A stretch of DNA of 60,211 bases, counting the filler, from Actinomycetota bacterium (GTDB lineage: Bacteria; Actinomycetota; Acidimicrobiia; IMCC26256; VFJJ01), in NCBI GenBank assembly GCA_009886115.1. It is 4 parts of 4 records of this genome, joined end to end, with 100 filler letters (N's around TTAATTAATTAA, not from the genome) between each part and the next. Parts side by side here need not be neighbours in the genome. Positions count along the whole stretch, not along the records: positions 1 to 18,634 come from VFJJ01000170.1; positions 18,735 to 42,892 come from VFJJ01000214.1; 2 more parts are not named here. The stretch is one strand, 5' to 3'. The position numbers and the translations under genes were made by a program. Within the stretch, counting starts at the first letter, position 1. Every line of letters starts with the position of its first letter. This document shows positions 8,848-20,965 of this stretch, one piece after another. The notes beneath the pieces are model-generated. The model did no database searches and was not told the DNA's origin. It worked only from the letters and a program-made list of their open reading frames with translations.

Positions 8848-9126
8848 TCACACCAGACCGGCCAACCAGCCGAAGGCCTGGGCGAATCTGAAGACGAGGT
8901 AGGCGACCACTGCGACGCCCAGGAGCTTGAAATGCCACGGGATCGGGGCGAGGTCGTCGACGCCGCCATCGAATCCTTCGCTGGCCCCGGTACCTGGGCC
9001 GACGATCGGCCGCATCCTGGTGCCGAGCGTCCCGACCTCGACCGGGTGGCCGCAGGTGGGGCAGGCGCCGACGGCCGTCACCGTGGGCGGCGTGAGGAAT
9101 CGATCACAGTTCGTGCACCAGGGCAT
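8848..9126 (-). CDS. Zinc-ribbon membrane protein
   Basis: CTNC..CPTC plus PWHFKLL and a C-terminal hydrophobic helix. Confidence 0.7.
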   Translation of the reverse strand: MPWCTNCDRFLTPPTVTAVGACPTCGHPVEVGTLGTRMRPIVGPGTGASEGFDGGVDDLAPIPWHFKLLGVAVVAYLVFRFAQAFGWLAGLV

Positions 9127-9150
9127 CGGAGGCGCTCCAGCCTGGACGGC

Positions 9151-10770
9151 TCAGGAGCCCCGCTTGCGCACCCGGAGCTTGATCGGCGTCGGCCCGAAGG
9201 CGAACGACTCCCGAATCATGCGCTCGAGGTAGCGGAGGTAGGTGCGGGGCAGCTCGCGCGAGCAGAACAAGGTGAACGTGGGCGGGTCGGTCGCGCCCTG
9301 GGTCGCGTAGAGGATCCGGGGACGGTGGCCGCGCTCGATGGGCGGGGGATGGCGCTGCTGGGCCTGGGCCAGGATGTCGTTGAGCTTCGCTGTCGGGATG
9401 CGCCGGCGGTACTCGGCCTTGGCCTGTTGCACGGCGGGGATGATGCGCCCCACGGCCCGTCCGGTGAGCGCCGAGATGCGCAACACGGGCGCGTAGGCAA
9501 TGAAGCCGAGCTTGTCGGCGACCTCGGCGACGACCACGTCCTTGTCGTCGGGATCGACCAGGTCCCACTTGTTGAGGAGGATCACGATGGCGCAGCCGGC
9601 GCCGTCGACCCGCTCGGCCAGGCGTTGATCCTGATGCGTCACGCCCTGGGTGGCGTCGATGACGAGCAACGCCGCGTCGGCCCGGTCGACGGCCTGCAGG
9701 GCCCGGACCATCGAGTACCACTCGACGCCCTCGTCGATGCGGCTGCGTCGACGGATGCCGGCAGTGTCGACGAAGCGCAGCGTCCCCTCGCTGGTCTCGA
9801 CGATCGTGTCGACCGTGTCGCGGGTCGTGCCCGGCATGTCGTGCACGATCGCCCGTTCGTCACCGACGAGACGGTTGAACAGGGTCGACTTGCCCACGTT
9901 CGGACGGCCGACGATGGCCACACCGAACACCCGGGTGTCGAGCGACAGGTCGCCGGTGGGTCGACCGTCGGCATCGCGCTCGATCTCGACGACGACGGCG
10001 TCGAGCTCGTCATCGTCATGCGCCCCTTCGGGTTCGGGGGGCAAGAGCTCGAGGATCCGGTCGCACAGGACGTCGGCGAGACGACCGTGCATGGCCGACA
10101 GCGCGATCGGCTCACCCAAGCCCAGCCGGGTGAAGTCCCAGATGTCGTGGTCGCGGTTGGCGTTGTCGGCCTTGTTGGCGACAAGGAGCACGGGCTTGTC
10201 GATGCGCCGGAGCAGCGCTGCGAAGCGGGCGTCCTCCTCGGTGACGCCCACGGTGACGTCGACGACCATCACGACGATGTCGGCGTCGAAGACGGCCTTC
10301 TCGGCCTGGATGCTCACCTTGCGCACGAGCGGCGCGTCGTCGGCGAGCCATCCGCCGGTGTCGACCACCACGAACGGACGTCCGAGCCACTCGCACTCGA
10401 TGTACTTGCGGTCGCGGGTGACCCCGGGCTGCTCCTCGACGATCGCCTCGCGCTTGCCGTACAAGCGGTTCACGAGCGTCGACTTGCCCACGTTCGGACG
10501 GCCGACGACGGCCACGAGCGGCAACGACGACACCACCGCCTCGAAGCCCGTCTCGTCGGTCTCGTCGTCGGGCTCGAGTGCGTCGAGATACTCGTCAACA
10601 TCGGGACGGTCGTCGTCGTCATCATCATCGTCGAAGGCGCTGAAAGCCGAGATGTCGAACTCGTCGCCATCGATGTCGATGTCGTCGCCGGTCTCGTCGT
10701 CAACGCCCACGGCGTCGTCGGCAGCCTTGTCGGCCCGATCGTTCTTGTTGGCTGGGGCGCGCGGGCTCAC
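9151..10770 (-). CDS. der: Ribosome biogenesis GTPase Der
   Basis: Two GRPNVGKS G-domains, DTGG/DTAG, NKAD/NKWD, KH-like C-terminus. Confidence 0.97.
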   Translation of the reverse strand: MSPRAPANKNDRADKAADDAVGVDDETGDDIDIDGDEFDISAFSAFDDDDDDDDRPDVDEYLDALEPDDETDETGFEAVVSSLPLVAVVGRPNVGKSTLVNRLYGKREAIVEEQPGVTRDRKYIECEWLGRPFVVVDTGGWLADDAPLVRKVSIQAEKAVFDADIVVMVVDVTVGVTEEDARFAALLRRIDKPVLLVANKADNANRDHDIWDFTRLGLGEPIALSAMHGRLADVLCDRILELLPPEPEGAHDDDELDAVVVEIERDADGRPTGDLSLDTRVFGVAIVGRPNVGKSTLFNRLVGDERAIVHDMPGTTRDTVDTIVETSEGTLRFVDTAGIRRRSRIDEGVEWYSMVRALQAVDRADAALLVIDATQGVTHQDQRLAERVDGAGCAIVILLNKWDLVDPDDKDVVVAEVADKLGFIAYAPVLRISALTGRAVGRIIPAVQQAKAEYRRRIPTAKLNDILAQAQQRHPPPIERGHRPRILYATQGATDPPTFTLFCSRELPRTYLRYLERMIRESFAFGPTPIKLRVRKRGS

Positions 10771-12152
10771 GTGAGGGCTCCTACGAGCGAGATGCCGTCG
10801 GTCGGCACGATCTCGACGGTTCGGGGAAGGGAATCGGGGGTGGTGGCGTCGAGGAACATTCCCTGCGACAGCACCACGTCGGGCATGAGATATCGATGAT
10901 CGGAGGGTTGATCGCTCAGCACGCGGGCCACGTCGACGCCGGCGAGGAGGCCGGTGACGGCGATGTTGCCGCCGAAGAAGTGGTTGGCCACGGGAACCGT
11001 CCGCACCTCGACCGCCGCCGCCTCCGACAACATGTCGAGGAGAGGTTCGAGGACCCGGGCGCCGTACTCCCCCGTCACCAGCCCGATCGGACGCTTGTGA
11101 TCGGTGAGCACCCGTCCGCCGGCACGCGACCGCAGCGTGACCCGAGGCGCTTGGTAGCCCGTGGCCGGGGCGCCGTCGACCCAGGAGAAGAACCCGTGCT
11201 GGCGGCCGGTCCCCACATCGGTGCGGCCGGCGAGCGCCTCGTGCACCTCACGCTCGAGCATGCGGGCCATGCCGATCCCGTTCTCGTGCTGCGAAAACCC
11301 TTCGTACGACTGGGCTTCGGGGAAGGGACGGTCGGCCATGAGGTGGTACTCGTCGGCGGCGAAGACCATCCGGCGGCCCAACGTGCTCAGGAAGCGCTCC
11401 TGCCAAGCGTCGATCGTGTCGATGACGGCCGCGGCCTCGTCGGCCGTGTGGGGCCGCATCGTGGGCTCGCGGTTGTGGGCCGATACCCCCAACGGCACGC
11501 AGGCCACGGTGGCCAGTTCGGGAAAGCGATCGAGCACGCCCAGGAGCGTGTCGTCGAGCACTTCGCCGTCGTTGACGCCGGGGCAGACGACGACCTGGCC
11601 GTGCACCTCGACCCCGTGGTCGAGCAGCACCCGCAGCCACCGCAACGACACGGCACCGCGCCGGTTGCGCAGCATCGCGGCTCGCACGTCGGGATCGGTG
11701 GCGTGAATCGACACGTACAAAGGAGACAGGCCCTCGTCGAGCACCCGTTCGAGATCGGCCTCGGTGAAGCGCGTCAGCGTCGTGAAGTTCCCGTAGAGGA
11801 AGCTGAGCCGGTAGTCGTCGTCCTTCAGGTACAGCGACTTCCGCATCCCTTGGGGGAGTTGGTAGATGAAGCAGAACGAGCAGTGGTTGTCGCAGGTGAC
11901 CACCCGGTCGAACACCGCGCTGTGAACCTCGGCCCCCATGGGCTCGCCATCGAGCTTGTCGACGACGATCATCTGATCGAGACCACCGCGGCGTACCTCG
12001 AGCTCGACGGTCGCCTCGTCGGCCAGCAGCCGGTAGCGCAAGACATCGCGCGGCGCTTCGCCGTTCAACGACAACAGCTCGTCACCGATCTGGATCCCGG
12101 CCCGCTCGGCCGGCGATCCAGGCGCCACAGCCAAGACACGGGGGAACTCCAC
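10767..12152 (-). CDS. PDZ plus DUF512 putative radical SAM protein
   Basis: N-terminal PDZ, CDNHCSFCF, LYLKDDDYRLSFLYGNF, ENGIGM. Confidence 0.9.
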   Translation of the reverse strand: MEFPRVLAVAPGSPAERAGIQIGDELLSLNGEAPRDVLRYRLLADEATVELEVRRGGLDQMIVVDKLDGEPMGAEVHSAVFDRVVTCDNHCSFCFIYQLPQGMRKSLYLKDDDYRLSFLYGNFTTLTRFTEADLERVLDEGLSPLYVSIHATDPDVRAAMLRNRRGAVSLRWLRVLLDHGVEVHGQVVVCPGVNDGEVLDDTLLGVLDRFPELATVACVPLGVSAHNREPTMRPHTADEAAAVIDTIDAWQERFLSTLGRRMVFAADEYHLMADRPFPEAQSYEGFSQHENGIGMARMLEREVHEALAGRTDVGTGRQHGFFSWVDGAPATGYQAPRVTLRSRAGGRVLTDHKRPIGLVTGEYGARVLEPLLDMLSEAAAVEVRTVPVANHFFGGNIAVTGLLAGVDVARVLSDQPSDHRYLMPDVVLSQGMFLDATTPDSLPRTVEIVPTDGISLVGALT

Positions 12153-12246
12153 CCTGGCAGTGTAGGTGCTCAGAGCCCAAATTCCTCAGGCGCACCGTGC
12201 CGGCCGACCCCGCTCCGCGACAGCGGCCCCGGTACGATCGGCCGCG

Positions 12247-13359
12247 ATGGCCATCGAACGAGTGCTGCTCGCGCAGCCGAGGGGCTTCTGCGCTGGCGTC
12301 GAGATGTCGATCAAGGCCTTGGCGTGGATGGTCAGGATGTTCGAGCCACCCATCTACTGCTACCACGAGATCGTGCACAACCAGCTCGTCGTCGACCGGT
12401 TCCGGGCACTGGGCGTGGTCTTCGTCGACGACGTCGCCGACGTGCCGTCCGGGGCCCCGGTGATGCTCTCGGCCCACGGCTCGCCTCCGGAGGTCGTCGC
12501 CGCGGCACGCGATAGGGGCAGCTTCGTGGTCGACGCCGTGTGCCCGCTCGTCACCAAGGTCCATCACGAGGCCCGGGTGCGCGCCGCCAAGGGCTACACG
12601 ATCCTCTATGTGGGCCATGCCGGCCACGATGAAGCGGTGGGAACGTTGGCGGTCGCGCCCGGCTCGATCCGGCTGGTGCAGCACGAGGGCGACGTCGCCC
12701 CGGCCGCGGCCACTGTCGCCGATCCGTCGAAGGTCGCGCTACTGGCCCAGACCACGCTGGCCATGAGCGAGTGGGAGGGGATCTCGGCCAAGGCCCGAGA
12801 GCACTTCCCCAACCTGTGGACCGCCGCCCGCAACGACCTCTGCTACGCAACGACCAACCGCCAGGAGGCATTGCGCGAGATCGCCGCCCGAGCCGACGCC
12901 GTCATCGTGATCGGATCGGCCAACTCGTCGAACACCCTGGCCCTGGCCCGGGTCGCGACCGAGACGGGATGTCGCGTGGTGCAACGGGTGAACGGCCCGG
13001 AGGAGCTCGACCACGCGGCGCTGGCCGAGGCCAGAGTGGTGGGGGTCACAGCTGGTGCCTCGGCCCCCGAGGAGCTCGTCGACGCGATCATCGCCGCGCT
13101 GGCGCCGAGCGCCGGCGTCGAGCTCGTGCACGTGACCGACGAGGACGAGTACTTCCCGCCCCCGCGCGAGCTGCGAGACGCCATCGCCGGGCTCGATGCC
13201 GCGCTGGCCGCGACCCTCGGCGGCGACGTGCGCGGGTCGCTCGGCGCTGGGGGCCCCTTCGGTGACGATCGCCTGGCCCAGGCCACGGTGGCCCTCGACA
13301 CGTTGTCGAGCGCCGGCGGCGTCTCGGGGGCAGCGCACCGCCGCGCCTCCGAGGAATGA
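12247..13359 (+). CDS. ispH: 4-hydroxy-3-methylbut-2-enyl diphosphate reductase
   Basis: PRGFCAGV, IVHN, SAHG, DAVCPLV, CYATTNRQ, SSNT, TAGASAP. Confidence 0.96.
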   Translation: MAIERVLLAQPRGFCAGVEMSIKALAWMVRMFEPPIYCYHEIVHNQLVVDRFRALGVVFVDDVADVPSGAPVMLSAHGSPPEVVAAARDRGSFVVDAVCPLVTKVHHEARVRAAKGYTILYVGHAGHDEAVGTLAVAPGSIRLVQHEGDVAPAAATVADPSKVALLAQTTLAMSEWEGISAKAREHFPNLWTAARNDLCYATTNRQEALREIAARADAVIVIGSANSSNTLALARVATETGCRVVQRVNGPEELDHAALAEARVVGVTAGASAPEELVDAIIAALAPSAGVELVHVTDEDEYFPPPRELRDAIAGLDAALAATLGGDVRGSLGAGGPFGDDRLAQATVALDTLSSAGGVSGAAHRRASEE

Positions 13360-13363
13360 GCGC

Positions 13364-13816
13364 ATGATCCCCCTCCGGCTCGAGCAGATCCGCCTGTTCC
13401 TGCACGTCGCGTCGGCCGCGGTCTGGGTGGGCGGACAGATCGTGCTGGCGTTCCTCACGCCGGTGCTGCGTTCGCTGGGCCACGAAGCGGCGGGACGGGC
13501 CGGACGACGCTTCCAGCTCCTGGCCTGGCCGGCGTTCGGCGTGGCGCTGGCCACCGGCGGCTGGAACATCGCCGAGGTGGGCCTGGGCGACGAATCGGCG
13601 AGCTACATCGCCAGCCTCGTCCTCAAGCTTGGTCTGGTGGCGATCTCGGGTATGGCCGCTGCAGCCCACACCTTCGTCGCCGGCCCGATGGTGCGAGCCG
13701 CTGCCACAGAGCAGCAGCGATCGCGGGCCCGGATGTTCTCGGCCCTCACCGGCGCTCTCGGCCTCCTCGCGGCGCTCCTCGCCCTCTTCCTCGGCGTCCA
13801 GCTCCGCACCCGTTGA
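13364..13816 (+). CDS. CopD-like four-helix membrane protein
   Basis: LHVASAAVWVGG, LKLGLV..AAAH; four hydrophobic segments. Confidence 0.65.
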   Translation: MIPLRLEQIRLFLHVASAAVWVGGQIVLAFLTPVLRSLGHEAAGRAGRRFQLLAWPAFGVALATGGWNIAEVGLGDESASYIASLVLKLGLVAISGMAAAAHTFVAGPMVRAAATEQQRSRARMFSALTGALGLLAALLALFLGVQLRTR

Positions 13817-13959
13817 CGGTGTCGCCGAGTTGTTCGAGCTGACGGGTGAGACGGCCGGCTCGCCGGTCGGGTCATCGCGTGTGGCGCACGAGTCGCCACC
13901 GAGCTCGGCATATAAGATGAAATCCGAAGAGATCATGTAGGTTGTGGAGGGGTCGTTAC

Positions 13960-13981
13960 TGTCACACCCCTCTGGTATTAT
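13960..13981 (+). promoter_or_regulatory. PafBC/RecA-NDp-type DNA-damage promoter
   Basis: TGTCAC-N10-TA-N3-T, 8 nt before ATG 13990. Confidence 0.6.
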
Positions 13982-13989
13982 GATGGCTG

Positions 13990-14320
13990 ATGAGCGATCG
14001 ACGCTTTGGCGATATCGAACCGGGAGAGTTGGGCGACACGCTCGGTGAGCTACGAGCGTTGATGACCGCCATTCATGCCGAGTTGATCGACGTGATCGCC
14101 GCGTTCGACGAGGCGCAGGGTTACCGCGTCGACGGGATGCCCGACACGGCCACCTGGCTCGCAGCCCGGGCCAACCTGTCACTCTCGACCGCCCGCCGTG
14201 AGGTTGCCATCGCCACCCGTGCCCCGGCGATCCCGGCGCTCATGCAGGCCTGGCGTCAGGGTCGCCTGTCGTGGGACCAGCTCCAGGTCCTGGCCCCCGT
14301 CGCCACCGCCGTCGATGGCG
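13990..14320 (+). pseudogene. DUF222 (HNH-associated) protein, N-terminal fragment
   Basis: IAAFD..YRVDGMPDTATWLAARANLS..ARREVAIA..GRLSWDQ; only about 110 codons before the family-like sequence ends. Confidence 0.75.
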
Positions 14321-14383
14321 ATCTTCGATCAGCAGACGGGCGCCACCCTGTTCCTCGGACACATCCACGACCCGGTCGCCTGA
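14315..14383 (+). pseudogene. Serpin C-terminal fragment
   Basis: MAIFDQQTGATLFLGHIHDP resembles the serpin terminal motif IxDxxTGxxLFxGxxxDP. Confidence 0.55.
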
Positions 14384-14404
14384 AAGCCCCGGGGCGTCGT
14401 GCCG

Positions 14405-15106
14405 TCACGAACGGGGTGGGTCGCCTCGGAGGGCGTGGGCCTCGTCCTGGGCGTGTTGCATCCCGTCTTGGAGCCGGGCGCTGAGCTCCTTGACCCGGGC
14501 TCGGGGGACGGCGCCGCCGTCGCGAGCGATGGCGGCGATGGGCTCGCCCACGACCACCACGATCTTCGGAAAACGCGGACGTCGGCTTCCCCTGCGGATG
14601 ATCCCTTCGGAGCCGGCGATCCCCACGGGGACGATCGGCACCTCGGCTCGGGCCGCGACCCAGGCCGAGCCGTCGAACACCGGTCCGACCTCACGCCCGG
14701 TCTGACGGGTGCCCTCGGGGTACACGACCACCGGCTCGCCGCCGGCGAGGCAGTCGAGCAGGGCTTGGAGGGCCATGCGATCGGGCGTGCCGCGCTCGAC
14801 CGGGAGCCCGCCCAGGTAGCGAAGCACCACGCCGAGCACCGGTACCCGATACACCGACGCCTTGCCCATGAAGCGCACGCGGCGCCGGGTCACGAGCGAG
14901 GCCAGGGGGATGTCCCAGCCCGAACGATGCGTCGGCGCCAACACGTAGGGCCCCGACGTGGGGAGCCGCTCGTGTCGATGCACCCGGGTGCGCCAGCCCA
15001 GGGCACACACCGTCCGAACGAGGACCCACGCCAGCTGGTAGGCGATCCTCCGCCCGAGGGTGGGCGGGCTGGCCTCGGCGCCCCAGGCGGTGTCGCGCTC
15101 GGTCAC
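14405..15106 (-). CDS. Lysophospholipid acyltransferase (PlsC-like)
   Basis: THRSGWD, YPEGTR, PIVPV. Confidence 0.9.
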   Translation of the reverse strand: MTERDTAWGAEASPPTLGRRIAYQLAWVLVRTVCALGWRTRVHRHERLPTSGPYVLAPTHRSGWDIPLASLVTRRRVRFMGKASVYRVPVLGVVLRYLGGLPVERGTPDRMALQALLDCLAGGEPVVVYPEGTRQTGREVGPVFDGSAWVAARAEVPIVPVGIAGSEGIIRRGSRRPRFPKIVVVVGEPIAAIARDGGAVPRARVKELSARLQDGMQHAQDEAHALRGDPPRS

Positions 15107-15903
15107 GATCGTCGACCGGCGTCGGAAGCGTCGGAGCCGTCCCGGGCGGCGGGCGTCCGGGCGAGCCAGCGTTCGACGATCTCGTCGACCACGTCGTCGA
15201 CACTGCGCCCGCTGGTGTCGATGATCATGGCGTCGGGCGCTTGACGCAACGGCGCCACCGCGCGGGTGGAGTCGGCCCGATCCCGGCGAGCCAGATCATC
15301 GAGCATGGTGCCAGCATCGACCGACCGGGCCGCGGCGAGCTCGTCGGCTGCCCGACGGTCGGCGCGCACGACGTCGTGGGCCACGAGGTAGACCTTGACG
15401 GCGGCGTCGGGGAAGACGACCGTCCCGATGTCGCGCCCCTCCACCACGCCCGCGCCACGCGACGCCACCCAGGCCCGCTGGCGCTCGGTCAGCTCGGCTC
15501 GGACCCCCGAGTTGGCGGCAACCTGCGACACGGCGGCTGTGACCTCGGGCCCGCGAATGGCGGCCGTCGCGTCGTGGCCGTCCACCAGGATCCGCTCGCC
15601 CTGAGCCCGATCGCCGAGCTCCAAGTCGACCCGCCGGGCCAGCGCGGCGACCGCCTCCGCATCGTCGAGGGCCACACCCTCGTGCAGCGCGGCCCACGTG
15701 ACGCCCCGGTACATGGCTCCGGTGTCGAGCGTGTCGAGACCGAGACGGGCGGCCACGGAGCGAGCCGTGGTCGACTTGCCCGACCCCGACGGACCGTCGA
15801 TGGCGATGACCCGTGCGGTGCCAGCCGATGCGACAGCCGTCGCGCCCGGGTCGGCCGCCGCCGCGGCCCGCTCGGCGGTCTGCTCGGCGGTCGGGTCCAT
15901 CAC
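15103..15903 (-). CDS. cmk: Cytidylate kinase
   Basis: IAIDGPSGSGKST, DTGAMYR, EGRDIGTVVFP. Confidence 0.96.
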   Translation of the reverse strand: MMDPTAEQTAERAAAAADPGATAVASAGTARVIAIDGPSGSGKSTTARSVAARLGLDTLDTGAMYRGVTWAALHEGVALDDAEAVAALARRVDLELGDRAQGERILVDGHDATAAIRGPEVTAAVSQVAANSGVRAELTERQRAWVASRGAGVVEGRDIGTVVFPDAAVKVYLVAHDVVRADRRAADELAAARSVDAGTMLDDLARRDRADSTRAVAPLRQAPDAMIIDTSGRSVDDVVDEIVERWLARTPAARDGSDASDAGRRS

Positions 15904-17201
15904 CGTGTCCCGGTGAGAGCGGCGAGATCGTCGGTGAACGTGGGGTACGACGACGCCACGCCCCGCCAGCCCCGGATCGTCGTGACCCCGGCGATGGCGT
16001 TCCCGGCGATGGCCGCGGCCATGGCGATGCGGTGATCGCCGTGGCTGCGGATCGTGCCCGGGCGCAGGGCCGTGCCCCCCTCGATCGTGAGGCCGTCGCG
16101 TCGTGTGCGGACCGTGGCTCCGAGCTGGCCCAGCTCCTGCTCGATGGCGCCGATCCGGTCGGTCTCCTTCAGGCGCAGCTCGGCGGCGTCGCGCACCTCG
16201 GTGGTGCCTTCGGCGAACGCCGCGGCCACGCTGAGGATGGGAATCTCGTCGATGATCGACGGGATCTCGTCGCCTTCCATCACCGTGGCCTGCAAGGGTC
16301 CCGAGGTCACGTGCAGGTCGCCGACGGGCTCGCCCAGCTCGGTGCCCGTGGGTACGACCTCGATCGCGGCGCCCATGCGCCGGAGCACGTCGACGAAACC
16401 GATCCGCCCGGGGTTGAGGCTCACGCCCTCGACGGTGAGCTCGGAGCCCGGTGTGATCAACGCCCCCACGACCCAGAAGGCAGCCGAGGACGGATCGCCG
16501 GGCACGGTGAACTCGAAGCCCGGCAGCGCCGCGGCCTCGAGCCGCACCGACCGGAGCTTGGCGTCGACGACGACGGGAACCCCGAGCGCGGCAAGCATCC
16601 GCTCGGTGTGGTCACGACTCTGCGCCGGCTCGGTGACCAGCGTGGTCCCCTCGGCCTGGAGCCCGGCCAGGAGGATCGCCGACTTCACCTGGGCGCTGGC
16701 CACGGCCAGATGGTGGTGTTGCCCACGCAGGCCACCACCGCGAATCACAAGGGGCGTCAGGTTTCCGTTGTCACGGCCGTCGATGTGGGCACCCATGGCC
16801 CTTAGCGGCTCGGCCACGCGGCCCATGGGGCGACGGGCGATCGAGGCATCACCGACGAGCACCGTGAGGAACGGTCGTCCCGAGACCAGACCGGCGAGAA
16901 GGCGGATGCCGGTCCCCGAGTTGCCGATGTCGACCACCGAGTCGGGCTCACGGAGGCCGTCCCATCCCGAGCCGCTCACCAGCAGCTCGCCGACGGCCTC
17001 GCGCACCCGGACACCCAATGATTCCATGGCCAAGCGGCTGCGGTACACGTCGTCGCCATTGGCCAGGTTCCGGATGCGACTCGTGCCCTGCGCGGCGCCG
17101 GCGAGCAACAGGGCCCGATGCGAGAGCGACTTGTCGCCCGGCATCCGGAGACGACCTCGCAACGGGCAGGGCCCATGAACGCTGACCTGCTCGGCGATCA
17201 T
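15900..17201 (-). CDS. aroA: EPSP synthase
   Basis: PGDKSLSHR, GNSGT, SAQVKSA, RDHTE, KETDRI, DHRIAM. Confidence 0.97.
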   Translation of the reverse strand: MIAEQVSVHGPCPLRGRLRMPGDKSLSHRALLLAGAAQGTSRIRNLANGDDVYRSRLAMESLGVRVREAVGELLVSGSGWDGLREPDSVVDIGNSGTGIRLLAGLVSGRPFLTVLVGDASIARRPMGRVAEPLRAMGAHIDGRDNGNLTPLVIRGGGLRGQHHHLAVASAQVKSAILLAGLQAEGTTLVTEPAQSRDHTERMLAALGVPVVVDAKLRSVRLEAAALPGFEFTVPGDPSSAAFWVVGALITPGSELTVEGVSLNPGRIGFVDVLRRMGAAIEVVPTGTELGEPVGDLHVTSGPLQATVMEGDEIPSIIDEIPILSVAAAFAEGTTEVRDAAELRLKETDRIGAIEQELGQLGATVRTRRDGLTIEGGTALRPGTIRSHGDHRIAMAAAIAGNAIAGVTTIRGWRGVASSYPTFTDDLAALTGTR

Positions 17202-17301
17202 CGACCGTCCTCCGTTGGGTTCCCTTGTGCCTCGATCGACACCACGGTCTCCGCGCTCCCGGCCGTCACGCGCGTCGCGCCCGTCGCGCCCGTCGCGCCC
17301 G

Positions 17302-18402
17302 TCATTCGACCGACCGACGAGCGATCCGGAAGCCGCGCTCGGCCAGCGCGGCTTCGAAGCTGTCGGCGCCGACCTCGGGCACCACCAGGACCAGCACGCC
17401 GGGCCCGCCTTCGACCGAGTGGGCGATCTCGAGGTCGAGGATGTTCACACCCAGCTCACCCGCCACGGTGGTGACCTCGCCGAGCAGGCCCGGCCGGTCC
17501 TCGATGGGCACCCGGAGCTCGACGATGGGGCCCGCGTGAGCCGCTGACGCGGGCAGGGCCCGTCGGGCCACCATGGCCTCGGTGAGCATGTGCGCCAAGG
17601 AGTTCCGATCGCCACGGGCGACCACGTCGCGCACCTCACCCAGTGCCTCGATGTACGCGTCGAGGGTGGCCACGATGGCGTCACGGTTCGATGCGCAGAT
17701 GTCGGGCCAGATCCCGGGGTTGCCGGCGGCGATCCGGGTCATGTCGCGAAAGCCGCCGGCAGCCAGTCGCAGCAGTGTCGCATGCTCGATCGCGCGACCG
17801 CTTGCCAGGCGCATCAGCGTGCCCGCAGCGAGATGGGGCACGTGACTGACCACGGCGACCAACTCGTCGTGCGCCGTGGGCTCGACGGCGACCACCTCGG
17901 CCCCGATCTCGCCGATGAGCGACCGGAGTGCCGCGTAGTCCTCGGCGCTCGTTCGCGCCGTCGGGGTGAGCACCCAGGTCGCCCCGAGGAACATCGCCGG
18001 ATCGGCGCCCTCGACACCCTCCTGCTCGGAGCCGGCCATGGGATGGCCGCCGATGAAGCGGTGCGACGTGGCCGGTCGCCACGCATCGATGGCCGTCACC
18101 ACCGGACGCTTCACCGAACCCACATCGGTGACGATGCGCACGTCGGCGTCGAGGGCCTCGCATGCCGCCGGAGGGATGTGCGCCGCCGGAACGGCGATGA
18201 CGACGAGGTCGCAGCCCGCGGCGCCCTCAGCGACGCTCGGAAAGCCGCGGTCGATCGCTCCGCGTTCCTGAGCCCGGTCGAGCCTGCCGGGACGGTGGTC
18301 GATGCCGTGCACGACGCGGCCGGTCTCGCGCAGCGCCATGCCCAGGGAGCCTCCGATGAGCCCGGTGCCGACGATCGCGACCCGCGCCAGCGCGGTGGCC
18401 AT
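17302..18402 (-). CDS. tyrA: Prephenate dehydrogenase with C-terminal ACT domain
   Basis: GTGLIGGS, TDVGSVK, GGHPMAGSE, SHVPH, FRDMTRIA, DRPGLL. Confidence 0.92.
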   Translation of the reverse strand: MATALARVAIVGTGLIGGSLGMALRETGRVVHGIDHRPGRLDRAQERGAIDRGFPSVAEGAAGCDLVVIAVPAAHIPPAACEALDADVRIVTDVGSVKRPVVTAIDAWRPATSHRFIGGHPMAGSEQEGVEGADPAMFLGATWVLTPTARTSAEDYAALRSLIGEIGAEVVAVEPTAHDELVAVVSHVPHLAAGTLMRLASGRAIEHATLLRLAAGGFRDMTRIAAGNPGIWPDICASNRDAIVATLDAYIEALGEVRDVVARGDRNSLAHMLTEAMVARRALPASAAHAGPIVELRVPIEDRPGLLGEVTTVAGELGVNILDLEIAHSVEGGPGVLVLVVPEVGADSFEAALAERGFRIARRSVE

Positions 18403-18407
18403 CGGGG

Positions 18408-18634
18408 CTAGGCCCCGTCGGCGAGATCGGGGCGCAGCGCACGGGCCCCGTCGAGGAACACGTGGCGGATCGCGTCGCGGGAACGGCCGCTCTCGATGTG
18501 CATGAGGATCCGGATGACCCGGTTCAGCGCACCGGGAACGTCGGCTTCGACGGCTCCGATCATCGGCACGTCGTGGAAGCCCATCTCTCGAGCGGCCCCG
18601 GCGGGGAAGGCGCTGCGGAGGTCGGGCGTGGTGG
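18408..18634 (-). CDS. aroH: AroH-type chorismate mutase (5' end cut by contig end)
   Basis: Manual translation TTPDLRSAFPAGAAREMG..VPGALNRVIRILMH..HVFLDGARALRPDL. Confidence 0.88.
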
Positions 18635-18734
18635 NNNNNNNNNNNNNNNNNNNNNNNNNNNNNNNNNNNNNNNNNNNNTTAATTAATTAANNNNNNNNNN
18701 NNNNNNNNNNNNNNNNNNNNNNNNNNNNNNNNNN
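18635..18734. other. Artificial contig spacer
   Basis: N-run with TTAATTAATTAA (stops in all six frames). Confidence 0.98.
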
Positions 18735-18823
18735 CGTTCCTGCCACTCGTTGTCGGCCATCGGCAACCCATCGGAGTCGGGGTAGACGACCGCGTCACCG
18801 GGTTCGGGTGCGGTCAGGCTCAT
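18735..18823 (-). CDS. Uma2 family endonuclease, N-terminus only (cut by contig end)
   Basis: VVYPDSDGLPMADNEWQ, a typical Uma2 N-terminal motif. Confidence 0.65.
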
Positions 18824-18945
18824 GGGTTCGATGCTCCCGCCGTCTCGACGACATCGCCGCGGCGCCGCGGCGACCGCAGCCGCCCCGGCGCCGAGCAAGG
18901 CGGCGATCCCGGGCGGGCTGCCTCAGGCGCGTACGGTTGGCAGTC

Positions 18946-20763
<1,818 letters not shown>

Positions 20764-20965
20764 ACCGTCGTGCTGCTTCCGTGGGGTCGAGCAGAGAGCG
20801 CCACGAGGTCAGGTTTGGCGCCTGCACTCACCTGCTGACGATCGCTGGACAGCCGATCAACTCCGCAATTGGGAGCGCCAATCGGACATCGACCCGGGGT
20901 AGCGATTCCATGAACAGAGTCTTGCTAGCGACTCCGCTGCCATCAGCGGTAGGCAGGGGCGGCCG

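Noticed and set aside
10560..10770. Poly-Asp N-terminal extension of Der
   Set aside because: Acidic extensions are usual in actinobacterial Der.
17263..17303. CCGTCGCGC tandem repeat between tyrA and aroA
   Set aside because: Short GC-rich minisatellite with no evidence of function.
18635..18734. TTAATTAATTAA within N-runs as a biological repeat (three copies)
   Set aside because: Artificial contig linker; cross-gap gene neighbourhoods were not interpreted.
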